27,047 nucleotides of DNA from a virus (lineage: Duplodnaviria > Caudoviricetes): positions 1 through 27,047 of IMG/VR virus record IMGVR_UViG_3300044642_000285; one strand, written 5' to 3'. The position numbers and the translations under genes were made by a program. Positions within the stretch are counted from its first letter, which is position 1; the number at the start of each line of letters is the position of its first letter. The notes beneath the pieces were generated by a model, which had not been told where the DNA came from, made no database searches, and saw only the letters and a list, made by a program, of their open reading frames with translations. This document shows, piece after piece, positions 9,901 through 18,256 of this stretch.

Positions 9901-12383
9901 GCACTACCTGGTTTATTATTAACCGTAGTACCTGTACTACTAGCGGTACCATATTCATTAAGTGCCGTAAACCCTGTAATATTTGGGTCTTTTGACATTT
10001 CAGGGGCTTGGAATGAAATTAAACTACCCGCCTCAAATAAAGAGGCGTTTGTTGGTTGAACCATTAAAACGACAACATTATCTTCATGAAAAACCCCATC
10101 CGCAGGATTAAATGAAACTTTAATTCTATTAACTCCACCACCAGGGTTATTTCCCGATGGTAGGAAGAATTTTGCCTTAGTATTAAAAAGATTCAATCTT
10201 TCAGATTGAGTTAAACTTGTTGTAAATTCATAATCCTGTCCCCGATTATCACTACCTCCAGCAACACTAATAAATTTAGGAATACGAGTTTTGGAGGTTA
10301 ACGGATTACTTGGTTGGGTAGGGTTACCCATCGCTTGTCCCGCAAATAAATTTTCATAAACCCCATTATCGGTAATATAAGGTGATATTGCTGCATAATT
10401 AGAAAAAATTTCAAACGGAGTTAAAACTGCATTAACGCCAGCTTGGTTAGCATTTTCATAAACATCCGCAATTACAGGGTCAGAGGTATCTGCCACGGAT
10501 GCTTCACCGTCGTCACACCCACAAAACTCACAATCAGGATACGATAAATTTGGTACCTTCATTTTTGTGAAACTTTTCCACAAATTCAAACATTTTTTAG
10601 CTGCGTCCAAAATATCATCAACTGAAGGGCATTCAATAGGAGGCCCAGCACTAACAAAAGGAATCGCATCAACAATGTTAATAATAAAATTAATAATTCC
10701 ACAAACAATTAACACGACAAACCCGACCACAATTGCGATAATTGCAAGTACTGGTCCAAATATTAATAAGAAGAATGCAATAATGTGCATAGTTATTAAT
10801 AATGAATATAATATTGGTCTAAAAACAAACATCATGATGTTGAATAGGAAATAAATTAAGTCAAACCTATATACCGCATCATTTGTTGGGAACTTATTAT
10901 TATCACTTGAGCATTCGGTATCTAATATATCTTTGACCGCAATAACTCTCCAGTTACCCCAACCATTTCTGTATTGAGTAATTAATTGTGAAACCGTATA
11001 AACTTTATTGTATTGGAATTCGTAGAATTTGTCCTCACATTTAATTGCATCATTAATCATCTGATTACCTAATGTTGTTCCTGTTTTACCATAGTCAGCC
11101 CAATCTAAACTAAATGCGTATGACCTTTGAGCCGCGTCTTTATTTGCAGAACTCGCACCATTATTAGTGATTGGGTCAATGTGGGCCCCACCACTAACAG
11201 TCCATCCGTACTCTTTAACATTTGGAACTAAAAAATACCCTCTTTTAATCGGGTCCGCAGATACTGATGGTGATTGATTCCATTTAACCTTGAATCGGTA
11301 TTTACCTCTGGTAGGTATACCTTTTTTAGGGTCATCTGAGATAACTTGTTCTCCAAATTCATTTGTAACCACATAATCTAAGTTCATTGGTACATCGACT
11401 AACCAAGTTCCGTTATCATCAATAACTTGACCACCCGATTCTAAATCAACCGTTTCTAAGATTGGTCGTCCGTTAGAATCCTGAGCGCTTGTTTGTCTAA
11501 TGGCTAAAATCTCACCAGGGCCCGCAACTAAGGAACATAGTGACCCTGAAGTTAAAGTTGGCTTACAACTCTTCTTAACATAATCCTCTTCTTTAGATGA
11601 CACCAAAGACCCCATAAAAATTGCGGTAGGCGTAATATCTATATTGGCCTCACCCGATAAATCAAAATCGGTTCTTGTAATACCTAAATTACATATTTCA
11701 GGTTGACCCCATAATGGTTCAACTTCAAGGGTTCTGTTAAAGGTAATGATTTGAGGCAATTCTCTTAGGTTTGTCGACGCTTTAAAGTAAGTTCCCGCAA
11801 CTTGAGATGGGGTGGTAACCCCCATTCTAATTAAATCCTGTGGTGATAGAGAGAACTCACCAATATCTGAAAGGTCAATATCAACAACAACAGTTTGGGA
11901 CCCGACAGGTACCCCAAATATCATATAATCACCACTATCATTAGTTACCGCATTATACTTATAGTATTTGTCGTAAACTTCAATAAGACTCGGGTTAATT
12001 AACACATCTTCTCTTGTAAAGAAGGTTCCCGTAGGATTGTGACCACCATGTTGTCTTTTATACGGTAATAGATTGTATCTATAACCATCTTCATTTAAAT
12101 CGGCTAAAGTTTTGTAAGGATATAAATCAGAAATAACAGGGTCGTTTTCGTCCATACTGTCCAAAGGAACGAAAACAGAAACTTTTGCATTCGGAATACC
12201 AAAACCATTGTTAACACTAACTCTACCAACTATAACTCCATAGTCGGAGCACTGTCTTGTGTAAATTTGACTTTGTAATATTTTTAGAGAAAGAATCTCT
12301 AAATATTCAAACTCTTGGTCAATTAAAATCTTAATTGAACTATCAACGCCTGGTTTGGTTCTTATTCTGTACGAGTTGGACAT
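6996..12383 (-). CDS. Large baseplate/tail-associated protein (1795 aa) with N-terminal carboxypeptidase-regulatory-like Ig domain and a long hydrophobic segment
   Basis: GVIVGRVSVNNGFGIPNAKVSV...TNDSGDYMIFGVPVGSQTVVV resembles the CarboxypepD_reg/transthyretin-like pattern. Residues ~507-571 are almost entirely hydrophobic. Many Cys. Directly downstream of the gp6-like wedge gene. Confidence 0.7.
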   Translation of the reverse strand: MSNSYRIRTKPGVDSSIKILIDQEFEYLEILSLKILQSQIYTRQCSDYGVIVGRVSVNNGFGIPNAKVSVFVPLDSMDENDPVISDLYPYKTLADLNEDGYRYNLLPYKRQHGGHNPTGTFFTREDVLINPSLIEVYDKYYKYNAVTNDSGDYMIFGVPVGSQTVVVDIDLSDIGEFSLSPQDLIRMGVTTPSQVAGTYFKASTNLRELPQIITFNRTLEVEPLWGQPEICNLGITRTDFDLSGEANIDITPTAIFMGSLVSSKEEDYVKKSCKPTLTSGSLCSLVAGPGEILAIRQTSAQDSNGRPILETVDLESGGQVIDDNGTWLVDVPMNLDYVVTNEFGEQVISDDPKKGIPTRGKYRFKVKWNQSPSVSADPIKRGYFLVPNVKEYGWTVSGGAHIDPITNNGASSANKDAAQRSYAFSLDWADYGKTGTTLGNQMINDAIKCEDKFYEFQYNKVYTVSQLITQYRNGWGNWRVIAVKDILDTECSSDNNKFPTNDAVYRFDLIYFLFNIMMFVFRPILYSLLITMHIIAFFLLIFGPVLAIIAIVVGFVVLIVCGIINFIINIVDAIPFVSAGPPIECPSVDDILDAAKKCLNLWKSFTKMKVPNLSYPDCEFCGCDDGEASVADTSDPVIADVYENANQAGVNAVLTPFEIFSNYAAISPYITDNGVYENLFAGQAMGNPTQPSNPLTSKTRIPKFISVAGGSDNRGQDYEFTTSLTQSERLNLFNTKAKFFLPSGNNPGGGVNRIKVSFNPADGVFHEDNVVVLMVQPTNASLFEAGSLISFQAPEMSKDPNITGFTALNEYGTASSTGTTVNNKPGSASNVGNIVVQYANYNNPNGPALSQTYTSQQDDDDVQYAKFPMDIEYFQVITANTYSEFSTLCAAGGNNPLGLQRRFINNEMKFNRIYSYDNPSPFPPDWINFLNDPAYPLANPLLKPGDYFPEFNDQIVVFLVRGVDPYSTRSDCEYDLSILYGDTGFGNPAYKVTSGGAVPKYHLNQPIKPDFKNVRHNLTNNFDTDAYSGQKLYFDSFHYQPASTGTASFSGFPSNLHTYYSSLDNGSMSFYPENAKPLLSAGFDPDTFYGVNVKSNNVFCREFTTTITSNYYENPVNITSSRGYFLNEIIEGGSGMYLQASVQQVYSSGPGGFNYIGYYYAPKYPITNMNYNLGGSRKIVMRSDRLPTSTTLQDNLFNSFALHSNLNFSVFQFSDDGTSISGSGTGGDQTVNLTGTTADLSSAGEPKIISNVIDSFNCGKMVNLGCYGEQSGELYVDYTGDCRKDPVGGGDLVTNGCYTYVTTIFLSLPRDLLLLTEWVSRLLITFGACRNVWGHMFTNNWINGTLYAFNFNNDVTFTSPLAPNPNQAQYAYCDDVVVLHNSTNNFYYRSSPWNELTNQFIGQNRATSGGFFGAVFGQYGGNFYNLLYPTTVLDLGPRTDYLQEIVMSDEYDGYVMNKLQSTTFSDVSELLNLFIITRLSNKSFLVGLINGANILSYFSRTKNMVDGDYAQAISVNSELGVAPFQSANYPDRPGQDSIYINTLTGNGQIFGVFFQSDTRLRDFISPKRTIIDDTVAATNVCAFSNIEVISQEVPFYQWNVNPGSPDNIFGNQDNGWKTDPISGNEFFTKKYQSLDRIEQSSRYFRTNATSMTKYFKGYIYSVTPQTVNGTCSIVGNVLTITSVTPALLQEGFILSGPGITPNTTILSQLTVSPPAAPTGGNGTYFVDISQTTPSTSFTANGFTYSAAPSTQDLNSPQPRVINTGAPFHFYFGLKKGKTAFDRFVVKWVDTNNIIA

Positions 12384-12397
12384 GTTAATCTTTTTTG

Positions 12398-12404
12398 ATA
12401 AATA
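12398..12404 (-). promoter_or_regulatory. TATTTAT leader motif, candidate phage late promoter
   Basis: TATTTAT on the coding strand 14 nt upstream of the ATG at 12383; the same motif and spacing occur before the ATG at 24118. Confidence 0.4.
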
Positions 12405-12454
12405 GTTTAGATACTATTTTCAAATGATAATTCATTTATTTTGAAAATAAATTA

Positions 12455-14293
12455 TCAAGAAAAATTAACCGTTTTTAAATTTTTGACCCTAACATTGATA
12501 TCTTTGTTAGGATATCTAATTTGATAAGTCTGACTTGGCTCTGCAAATATGGTGTCATCAACTAACCCAATCTGTTTTGTATTCGCATCTATGTAGGCTT
12601 GTGATGTTTGTGACGAAGAGTATTGACCACCAACCTTATTAAAGAATAACATATCTGAAACCGCTATAACACCGTTTTCACTTTGAACTAATCTTCTAAG
12701 GTCAGACACATACACATTTTCACCCATCTGTCTGTTACCAGGACTGAAGAACTCAGATATAATAGTAATGATTTGAGAAATAACCGCCCCTTGGTTTTGA
12801 CTATTATCTAACACTACATCAATAGTAACACCTAAATCAACAACATTAGCACTTTCAATAGAAATGTAATCATTAATCATTCGATAATTTGAGAGGTAGT
12901 TAGCCACATTATTTTTTAATGTATTTGACACAATTTCCGTTAAATTACCAGATTCATCGTAAGATAACATCTGAACTTTAATTTTATTATTTTCTTCAGT
13001 AATTGCAACTTTAGCGGGTGCACCAAATTGTGATGGCATTGTTCTAATAATAGAATCATAGTCATTAACTGTCACCGCTCTATTTTGAGCCGCAAAGTTA
13101 AACGCAACTAAGTTTCTCACTTCTTCAGTTGTTGGGTAATTAGCCCCACCAATTGCCGCAACAACGTTAGTACAACGTAATGAATTAACAACACTTGTGT
13201 TAACCGATTCTGATGGACCATTAACAAAGAATGAAACTGTTCCTATTTGATTAATAATGTTAACCCCCAAATTAGTACCTGTTCCACCCCCAACTCGGTA
13301 TTGTACAAATAATGTACTATTTGCCTTAAGAACACTACCTAAAGCAAAGTTATTTGAGTATTTATTTAAATCTAAAGTATATCCATTTCTCGCAAACTCT
13401 CTTAATTGTTCGTCAGCAGATTGACTACCTCCACCATAGGTCATTTTGAAAAACCCTTCAGGTGTGTACTCAGTAATAAATTTATCATTTGTTTGGACGT
13501 ACTTACCTACCTTAATACCTGGCTTATCTGAAACTTTCGTCGGGTCTTCAATGAAGACTCTGTCTTCAACTAAAGCTTTAACTTCATACCATCTATTATC
13601 AGCACCTAAAAATTCTTGAGTGGTAGGAATATTGGCGTATTGTGTGCCATCTTTTAATAAAACACTTGTAACACCTAATACATTTTTCTCAGGTAAAAAT
13701 ATTTCTAAAAATGGTCTAACATCAGACGATGTTATAACTCTTTTGAAGACTTTTGTAATACCGTTAACAACAGTTTCTCTTTTAACAATTGTGTAATTTA
13801 TTAATTTATTGTTGGAATCAAAATTAGGTATTTTTAGTCTATTAGGGTAACCTTCTGCATTTATCGCTGAAGCAAAGTCAATATCGTAAATTGTTTCAAA
13901 AACTTGTCCCGCACCATTAACTTGAGACCCTCTTCTTAAAATACCACAATATCTTAAATCTTCTTTATCACCGAACGCGGGCACCGTAATTGAGAAATCA
14001 ACTAATGATACTGATGGTCTAAGACCTGGAACTTTTAATCCGTAAGTTCTTGCAATATTAAAAACTGAAGACCTTTGTTGAGCATATTGTAATACAGTCT
14101 CCTGAATACTTCTATCAATATTAAATTGTAAGTTATCCGTTACGGCGGCATTTAAATCTAACAATACCGAGAAAACCGAGGCATCATTAAAATTATCAAT
14201 AGTGTCAGGATAATAAGTTCTTGTAAAATTTATTAACTCAGTTCTAATTGATTGGAAATCTCTAGTAGTGTATGATATTTTCTTGTTAGCCAT
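12455..14293 (-). CDS. Baseplate wedge subunit (T4 gp6 / baseplate J-like, 612 aa)
   Basis: N-terminal YTTRDFQSIRTELINF...FNDAS, AQQRSSVFNIARTYG and AQNRAVTVNDY are typical gp6/J motifs. Follows a gp25-like gene, the canonical order. Confidence 0.88.
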   Translation of the reverse strand: MANKKISYTTRDFQSIRTELINFTRTYYPDTIDNFNDASVFSVLLDLNAAVTDNLQFNIDRSIQETVLQYAQQRSSVFNIARTYGLKVPGLRPSVSLVDFSITVPAFGDKEDLRYCGILRRGSQVNGAGQVFETIYDIDFASAINAEGYPNRLKIPNFDSNNKLINYTIVKRETVVNGITKVFKRVITSSDVRPFLEIFLPEKNVLGVTSVLLKDGTQYANIPTTQEFLGADNRWYEVKALVEDRVFIEDPTKVSDKPGIKVGKYVQTNDKFITEYTPEGFFKMTYGGGSQSADEQLREFARNGYTLDLNKYSNNFALGSVLKANSTLFVQYRVGGGTGTNLGVNIINQIGTVSFFVNGPSESVNTSVVNSLRCTNVVAAIGGANYPTTEEVRNLVAFNFAAQNRAVTVNDYDSIIRTMPSQFGAPAKVAITEENNKIKVQMLSYDESGNLTEIVSNTLKNNVANYLSNYRMINDYISIESANVVDLGVTIDVVLDNSQNQGAVISQIITIISEFFSPGNRQMGENVYVSDLRRLVQSENGVIAVSDMLFFNKVGGQYSSSQTSQAYIDANTKQIGLVDDTIFAEPSQTYQIRYPNKDINVRVKNLKTVNFS

Positions 14294-14299
14294 ATATCA

Positions 14300-14758
14300 T
14301 TAAATATTTATAATTACGAAATCTGAATTGTTAAACGCGTCATTAGTAATGATGTAATCAATTTTAACTCTTGCAGTATGTTCTAAAGTACCAATACCTG
14401 GAACTCTATAAACTCTTTCGTCGTTGTCGTTTATATAAGTACCCTTATCTTCTTCCCCTTCGGACGCCGCACTTATGTCAATCTTAGTGATTGTTATTCC
14501 TGGGATATACTCTTCAACAGACGCTCTAATTTCCGCTTCAATTTCCGAAAATGTAGGACCATCTAAAGGTTCAAATATAAATTCATATAGTCTTGTTCCA
14601 AAATCAGGTAAATAATATCTAGTACCTTTTCTAGTCAATAAAAGATGAATTAAGTCAGTTCTTATTTCTTCATCATTTATCTCAGAAAGGTCTAAATACT
14701 TACCATCATAAGAATCTCTGAACGGGAAATTAATTCCATATGTTGTTCCATTTGCCAT
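14300..14758 (-). CDS. Baseplate gp25/GPW-like protein (sheath initiator), ~152 aa
   Basis: GINFPF...EIRTDLIHLLLTRKGTRYYLPDFGTRLYEFIFEP is the gp25 family pattern. Start moved from 14815 to the ATG at 14758 (MANGTTYG) because the 19-codon extension runs through the intergenic terminator and repeat region. Confidence 0.88.
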   Translation of the reverse strand: MANGTTYGINFPFRDSYDGKYLDLSEINDEEIRTDLIHLLLTRKGTRYYLPDFGTRLYEFIFEPLDGPTFSEIEAEIRASVEEYIPGITITKIDISAASEGEEDKGTYINDNDERVYRVPGIGTLEHTARVKIDYIITNDAFNNSDFVIINI

Positions 14759-14789
14759 ATCAATAAATATAGTGTCGTGATTATTTCTT

Positions 14790-14796
14790 ATAAATA
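14790..14796 (-). promoter_or_regulatory. TATTTAT motif, candidate late promoter for the baseplate operon (second copy at 14763-14769)
   Basis: Immediately downstream of the nrdA terminator and upstream of the gp25-like ATG. Confidence 0.4.
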
Positions 14797-14800
14797 GCGT

Positions 14801-14846
14801 AAAATAAAAAATCACGACAGTTTGCCGTGATTAATGTCGTGATTTT
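14801..14846 (-). terminator. Rho-independent terminator-like hairpin after nrdA
   Basis: Minus-strand RNA can form AAAAUCACGACA/UGUCGUGAUUUU (12 bp) or AAUCACGGCA-AAC-UGUCGUGAUU (10 bp with one G-U), running into UUUUUUAUUUU; begins 10 nt after the nrdA stop. Confidence 0.7.
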
Positions 14847-14856
14847 CTATATTATA

Positions 14857-17289
14857 TTAAGACCCACACCCAAAACATTCAAACTCTGAATCCGTTGGTT
14901 TAACTGTTGGGTCAACTGGTATAACATTCACTTTTGGTGTTTGTTTTTCAACTTTTGGTTTTTCAACTTTAGAAATATCCATTGCCAAGTGTTTTGCCCC
15001 TGTAGAAATTGCTTTAGTTCTAACATAATAACAAAGTGTTTTTAATCCTTGTCTCCATCCGTGGAAATGTGCGGATGAAATTTTAGGTAATGTTGGTGCC
15101 GACATATAGATATTCATTGATTGTGATTGGTCAATAAACGGACCTCTATCCGCTGACATATCAATCAATTCTCTTTGAGAGATTTCCCAAATAGTTTTGT
15201 ATTTTGGAATTAAATGTTCAATACGTTTAACTTTCTTATTATAATTCTTGTCTTCAGGGTCTAAGTAATGATTGAAGTTAATTCCTTGAACTGACCCTTC
15301 ATTCATAATGATTTCATTTTTTAAATCCTCAGACCAAATACCAATTTTTTCAAAATCACTAATTAAGTATTTGTTAACTATTAAAATCTCTCCACCAACA
15401 ACACGTCTATTAAATAAGGCCGAGTGTGCTGGTTCTGTCATTTCAAAAGAACCTGTAATTTTAGCCGAAGATGCCACAGGCATTTGTGCCGTGAACAAAG
15501 AGTTACATACCCCGTATTTTTTAACATCTTCTTTTAATTGTTTCCAATCCCAAAAACCTGATAAATCGTTATCTTTTAATCCCCACATATCAAATTGGAA
15601 TTCTCCTTTTGACATTGGTGACCCTTCAAAGAATTTATATGGTTGGTATTCTTCAGTTTTACATAATTCATTACTTTCACTGATTGCAGCATAATAGATT
15701 GTTTCAAAAATATCTTTATTCAATGACTTTGCTTCATCAGAAGTAAAAATATAATCCATTAAATAAAATACGTCAGCAAGTCCTTGAGTTCCAATAGCTA
15801 TTGCTCTTTGTTCAAGACCACCTTTTCTACCTTGTTCAGTTGAGTAACTATTAATATCAACAACTTTATTTAACGCTCTAACAACCTTTCTAACTTCATT
15901 ATATAACAAATTAAAGTCAAACTTACCATCATTAATGAAGTTCTTCAATACCATAGAAGATAATGTACAAATTGCCGTTGTGTTTTCATCGGTAAATTGG
16001 TAAATTTCATTACACAAATTAGATTGTTTAATTACACCAATATTTTGGTGATTTGTTTTCTTATTTGCATTGTCTTTAGAGCATAAATAAGGAACTCCTG
16101 TTTCTATTTGAGATTCGATTATTTTATTCCAAATATCTTGGGCTTTAACTTTTTTACCAATACCCTTACTCACCGCTAATTTATAATTTTCTTCGTATTC
16201 ATCCCCATAACATTCTTGTAATGGTTTAATCCCGTTAGTTATAATATCGTTAGGGCAGAATAAGTACCAACTATCGTTATTTTCAACCGCTCTCATAAAA
16301 TTATCTGGAATCCAAAGGGCCGTAAATAAATCACGAGCTCTCATCTCTTCTGAACCTGTATTCTTTTTAATCTCCAATAAATCGATAATATCTTTATGCC
16401 AAGGTTCAATATAGATAGCCGCGCTACCTGGTCTACGACCTTGTTGGTTAAAGAATCTAAGTGACTCATTAACAATTTTTAAGTACTTTAAAAGTCCTCC
16501 TGCAAATCCGCCTGAACTTGAAATTCTACTTTCTTTACTTCTAATGTTTGACATAGAAAGCCCGATACCCGCTGCATCAGAAGAATACGTTGATATGTCA
16601 TTTAAAGTCCCTAATAATCCACTACGTGAATCTGAATTGTTATAGTGTAACACACAAGACGCTAACTGAGGTGTTTTTGTACCCGCATTAATCATGATTG
16701 GTGTTGCTGGTGAAATTAACTGATTTGATAATGAGTTGTAATATTCTACCGCTTCTTCAAATGTCTTAGTCACCCATAAGGCAACTCTCATATACATGTG
16801 TTGTGGTCTTTCAATCACTTTACCATTAGATAGCTTTAACAAATACATTTCTTGTAATGAACGCCAAGCAAAATAATCAAAATTATAATCATTCTCATGA
16901 TTAATTACATTATCAATGTTTTCTGAACCATATTTTTCAATAGTCTTTATTAATACCTCATTAATAATACCATTTTCATTTAATTCCATCATTGTTTCAG
17001 TAAAACTAGGGTTAGTTTCTTTATGATATGAAGATATTGCAACTGAAGAGGCTAATCTTGAGTAATCGTGATGACTACCTGTATAAGCCGCAGCAATTTC
17101 GTATACTAATTTATCTAACTCTTTTGTAGTAATACTACCCTCAGTAGGTACTGAAGTAATAACTTTAATAAAAATTTCATCAGAATTAACATTTAACCCT
17201 TTAGCCGCCCTTTTTACTCTCTGATAAATTTTTTGAGGATTAAAGGACACCTCATCACCCCCTCTTTTTTTAATCTTTAATGACATCAT
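14857..17289 (-). CDS. nrdA: Ribonucleoside-diphosphate reductase class Ia, alpha subunit, with N-terminal ATP-cone
   Basis: ATP-cone start (IKKRGG..VSFNPQKI..RV), ERPQHMYMRVA, SPATP, QLASC, QGRRPGSAAIY.EPWH.D, SNLCNEI, MPVASSA, DQSQS.N, LKTLCYYVRT and C-terminal redox pair CFGCGS. No intein or intron evident. Confidence 0.97.
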   Translation of the reverse strand: MMSLKIKKRGGDEVSFNPQKIYQRVKRAAKGLNVNSDEIFIKVITSVPTEGSITTKELDKLVYEIAAAYTGSHHDYSRLASSVAISSYHKETNPSFTETMMELNENGIINEVLIKTIEKYGSENIDNVINHENDYNFDYFAWRSLQEMYLLKLSNGKVIERPQHMYMRVALWVTKTFEEAVEYYNSLSNQLISPATPIMINAGTKTPQLASCVLHYNNSDSRSGLLGTLNDISTYSSDAAGIGLSMSNIRSKESRISSSGGFAGGLLKYLKIVNESLRFFNQQGRRPGSAAIYIEPWHKDIIDLLEIKKNTGSEEMRARDLFTALWIPDNFMRAVENNDSWYLFCPNDIITNGIKPLQECYGDEYEENYKLAVSKGIGKKVKAQDIWNKIIESQIETGVPYLCSKDNANKKTNHQNIGVIKQSNLCNEIYQFTDENTTAICTLSSMVLKNFINDGKFDFNLLYNEVRKVVRALNKVVDINSYSTEQGRKGGLEQRAIAIGTQGLADVFYLMDYIFTSDEAKSLNKDIFETIYYAAISESNELCKTEEYQPYKFFEGSPMSKGEFQFDMWGLKDNDLSGFWDWKQLKEDVKKYGVCNSLFTAQMPVASSAKITGSFEMTEPAHSALFNRRVVGGEILIVNKYLISDFEKIGIWSEDLKNEIIMNEGSVQGINFNHYLDPEDKNYNKKVKRIEHLIPKYKTIWEISQRELIDMSADRGPFIDQSQSMNIYMSAPTLPKISSAHFHGWRQGLKTLCYYVRTKAISTGAKHLAMDISKVEKPKVEKQTPKVNVIPVDPTVKPTDSEFECFGCGS

Positions 17290-17299
17290 ATTTTTTTAG

Positions 17300-18247
17300 T
17301 TAAAAATCATCCGTAAATGATAATGTTTCGTTCAATTTAGCTTTTTGGTATTCCATAGTTCTTGATTCAAAGAAATTACCTTTTGTTTCTACCGCGATTT
17401 GTTCCATGAATTTAAATGGTTGTTCTACGTTAAATTCTTTTTTACATCCAAGTTTAAGTAATAAACCATCAGTAACAAATTCAAGATATTGTTTCATTAG
17501 GTTCGAATTCATCCCAATTAAAGATATTGGTAATGACTCAAGAATGAATTCCTTTTCAATCTCTAATGCAGATAATAAAATTTCTCTAATTCTTTTTTCA
17601 CTTGGTTTGTTTTCAATGTGATTATTCAATAAATGAATTGCGAAGTCACAATGTAAGTTCTCATCTTTGAAAATCAAAGTGTTAGCATTACATAACCCTT
17701 GTAAAATACCTCGAGATTTTAACCAAAAAATTGCACAGAACGAACCTGAAAAGAAGATACCTTCAACCGCAGCAAAAGCGATTAATCGTTCTTCAAAGGT
17801 CGAATTCTCTATCCAATCTAACGCCCATTTTGCCTTTTTTTGTACCGCAGGTAATCTATCAATAGCATGAAAGCATTCATCTTTTTCTTGTGGGTTTGAT
17901 ACATAGGTATCGATAAGTAACGAATACATTAATGAGTGAATATTCTCCATCATTAATTGGAATCCGTAAAAGAATTTTGCCTCAGGGTATTGAACTTCCT
18001 TTAAGAAGTTTTCTGCCAAATTTTCATTAACAATACCGTCGGATGCCGCAAAGAATGATAAGACGTTTTTAACGAAAAATCTTTCATTATCTGATAGGTT
18101 TTCCCAATCTCTAATATCATTTGACAAATCAACCTCTTCTGCGGTCCAAAACGCCGCTTGGTGTTGTTTATAATATTCCCAAATATCGTCATGTTCGATT
18201 GGGAAAATAACGAATCTATTTGGATTCTCTATTAAAATTTTTTCCAT
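17300..18247 (-). CDS. nrdB: Ribonucleoside-diphosphate reductase class Ia, beta subunit
   Basis: [33 protein letters not shown] (iron ligands and radical Tyr), [22 protein letters not shown]. Confidence 0.97.
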   Translation of the reverse strand: MEKILIENPNRFVIFPIEHDDIWEYYKQHQAAFWTAEEVDLSNDIRDWENLSDNERFFVKNVLSFFAASDGIVNENLAENFLKEVQYPEAKFFYGFQLMMENIHSLMYSLLIDTYVSNPQEKDECFHAIDRLPAVQKKAKWALDWIENSTFEERLIAFAAVEGIFFSGSFCAIFWLKSRGILQGLCNANTLIFKDENLHCDFAIHLLNNHIENKPSEKRIREILLSALEIEKEFILESLPISLIGMNSNLMKQYLEFVTDGLLLKLGCKKEFNVEQPFKFMEQIAVETKGNFFESRTMEYQKAKLNETLSFTDDF

Positions 18248-18256
18248 GTTTTTTTC

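Larger units (their letters stand above)
14773..14846. repeat. Four copies of a 10-mer TGTCGTGATT (three direct, one inverted)
   Basis: + strand: TGTCGTGATT 14773-14782, AATCACGACA 14810-14819 (inverted), TGCCGTGATT 14823-14832 (1 mismatch), TGTCGTGATT 14835-14844. Confidence 0.9.

Noticed and set aside
10567-10854. Plus-strand 95-aa ORF opposite the hydrophobic segment
   Set aside because: An antisense open frame explained by the codon composition of the hydrophobic stretch on the other strand.
14305-14312. Exact T4 late promoter TATAAATA on the minus strand, 11 nt before the gp6-like start
   Set aside because: Single instance inside the coding end of the gp25-like gene (IINI*); an all-AT 8-mer is expected by chance. 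Not excluded, but unsupported.
1-14758. Bacterial contractile injection system (eCIS/T6SS/tailocin) or eukaryotic giant virus origin
   Set aside because: The baseplate genes are linked to gp32-, UvsX- and gp41-like replication genes, and there is a bacterial promoter and Rho-independent terminators. This fits a tailed bacteriophage despite the eukaryote-like RNR.
14760-14775. NrdR-box-like sequence ACACTATATTTATTGA (minus strand)
   Set aside because: About three mismatches to the consensus, single copy, and downstream rather than upstream of nrdAB; it overlaps the TATTTAT motif and the repeat, which explain it better.
14759-14815. 19-codon N-terminal extension of the gp25-like ORF
   Set aside because: It starts inside the terminator arm; the family-like sequence begins at the ATG at 14758.
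14773-14846. Possible mini-CRISPR array from the repeated 10-mer
   Set aside because: Repeats are too short, spacing is irregular (2-27 nt), one copy is inverted, and no cas genes are present.
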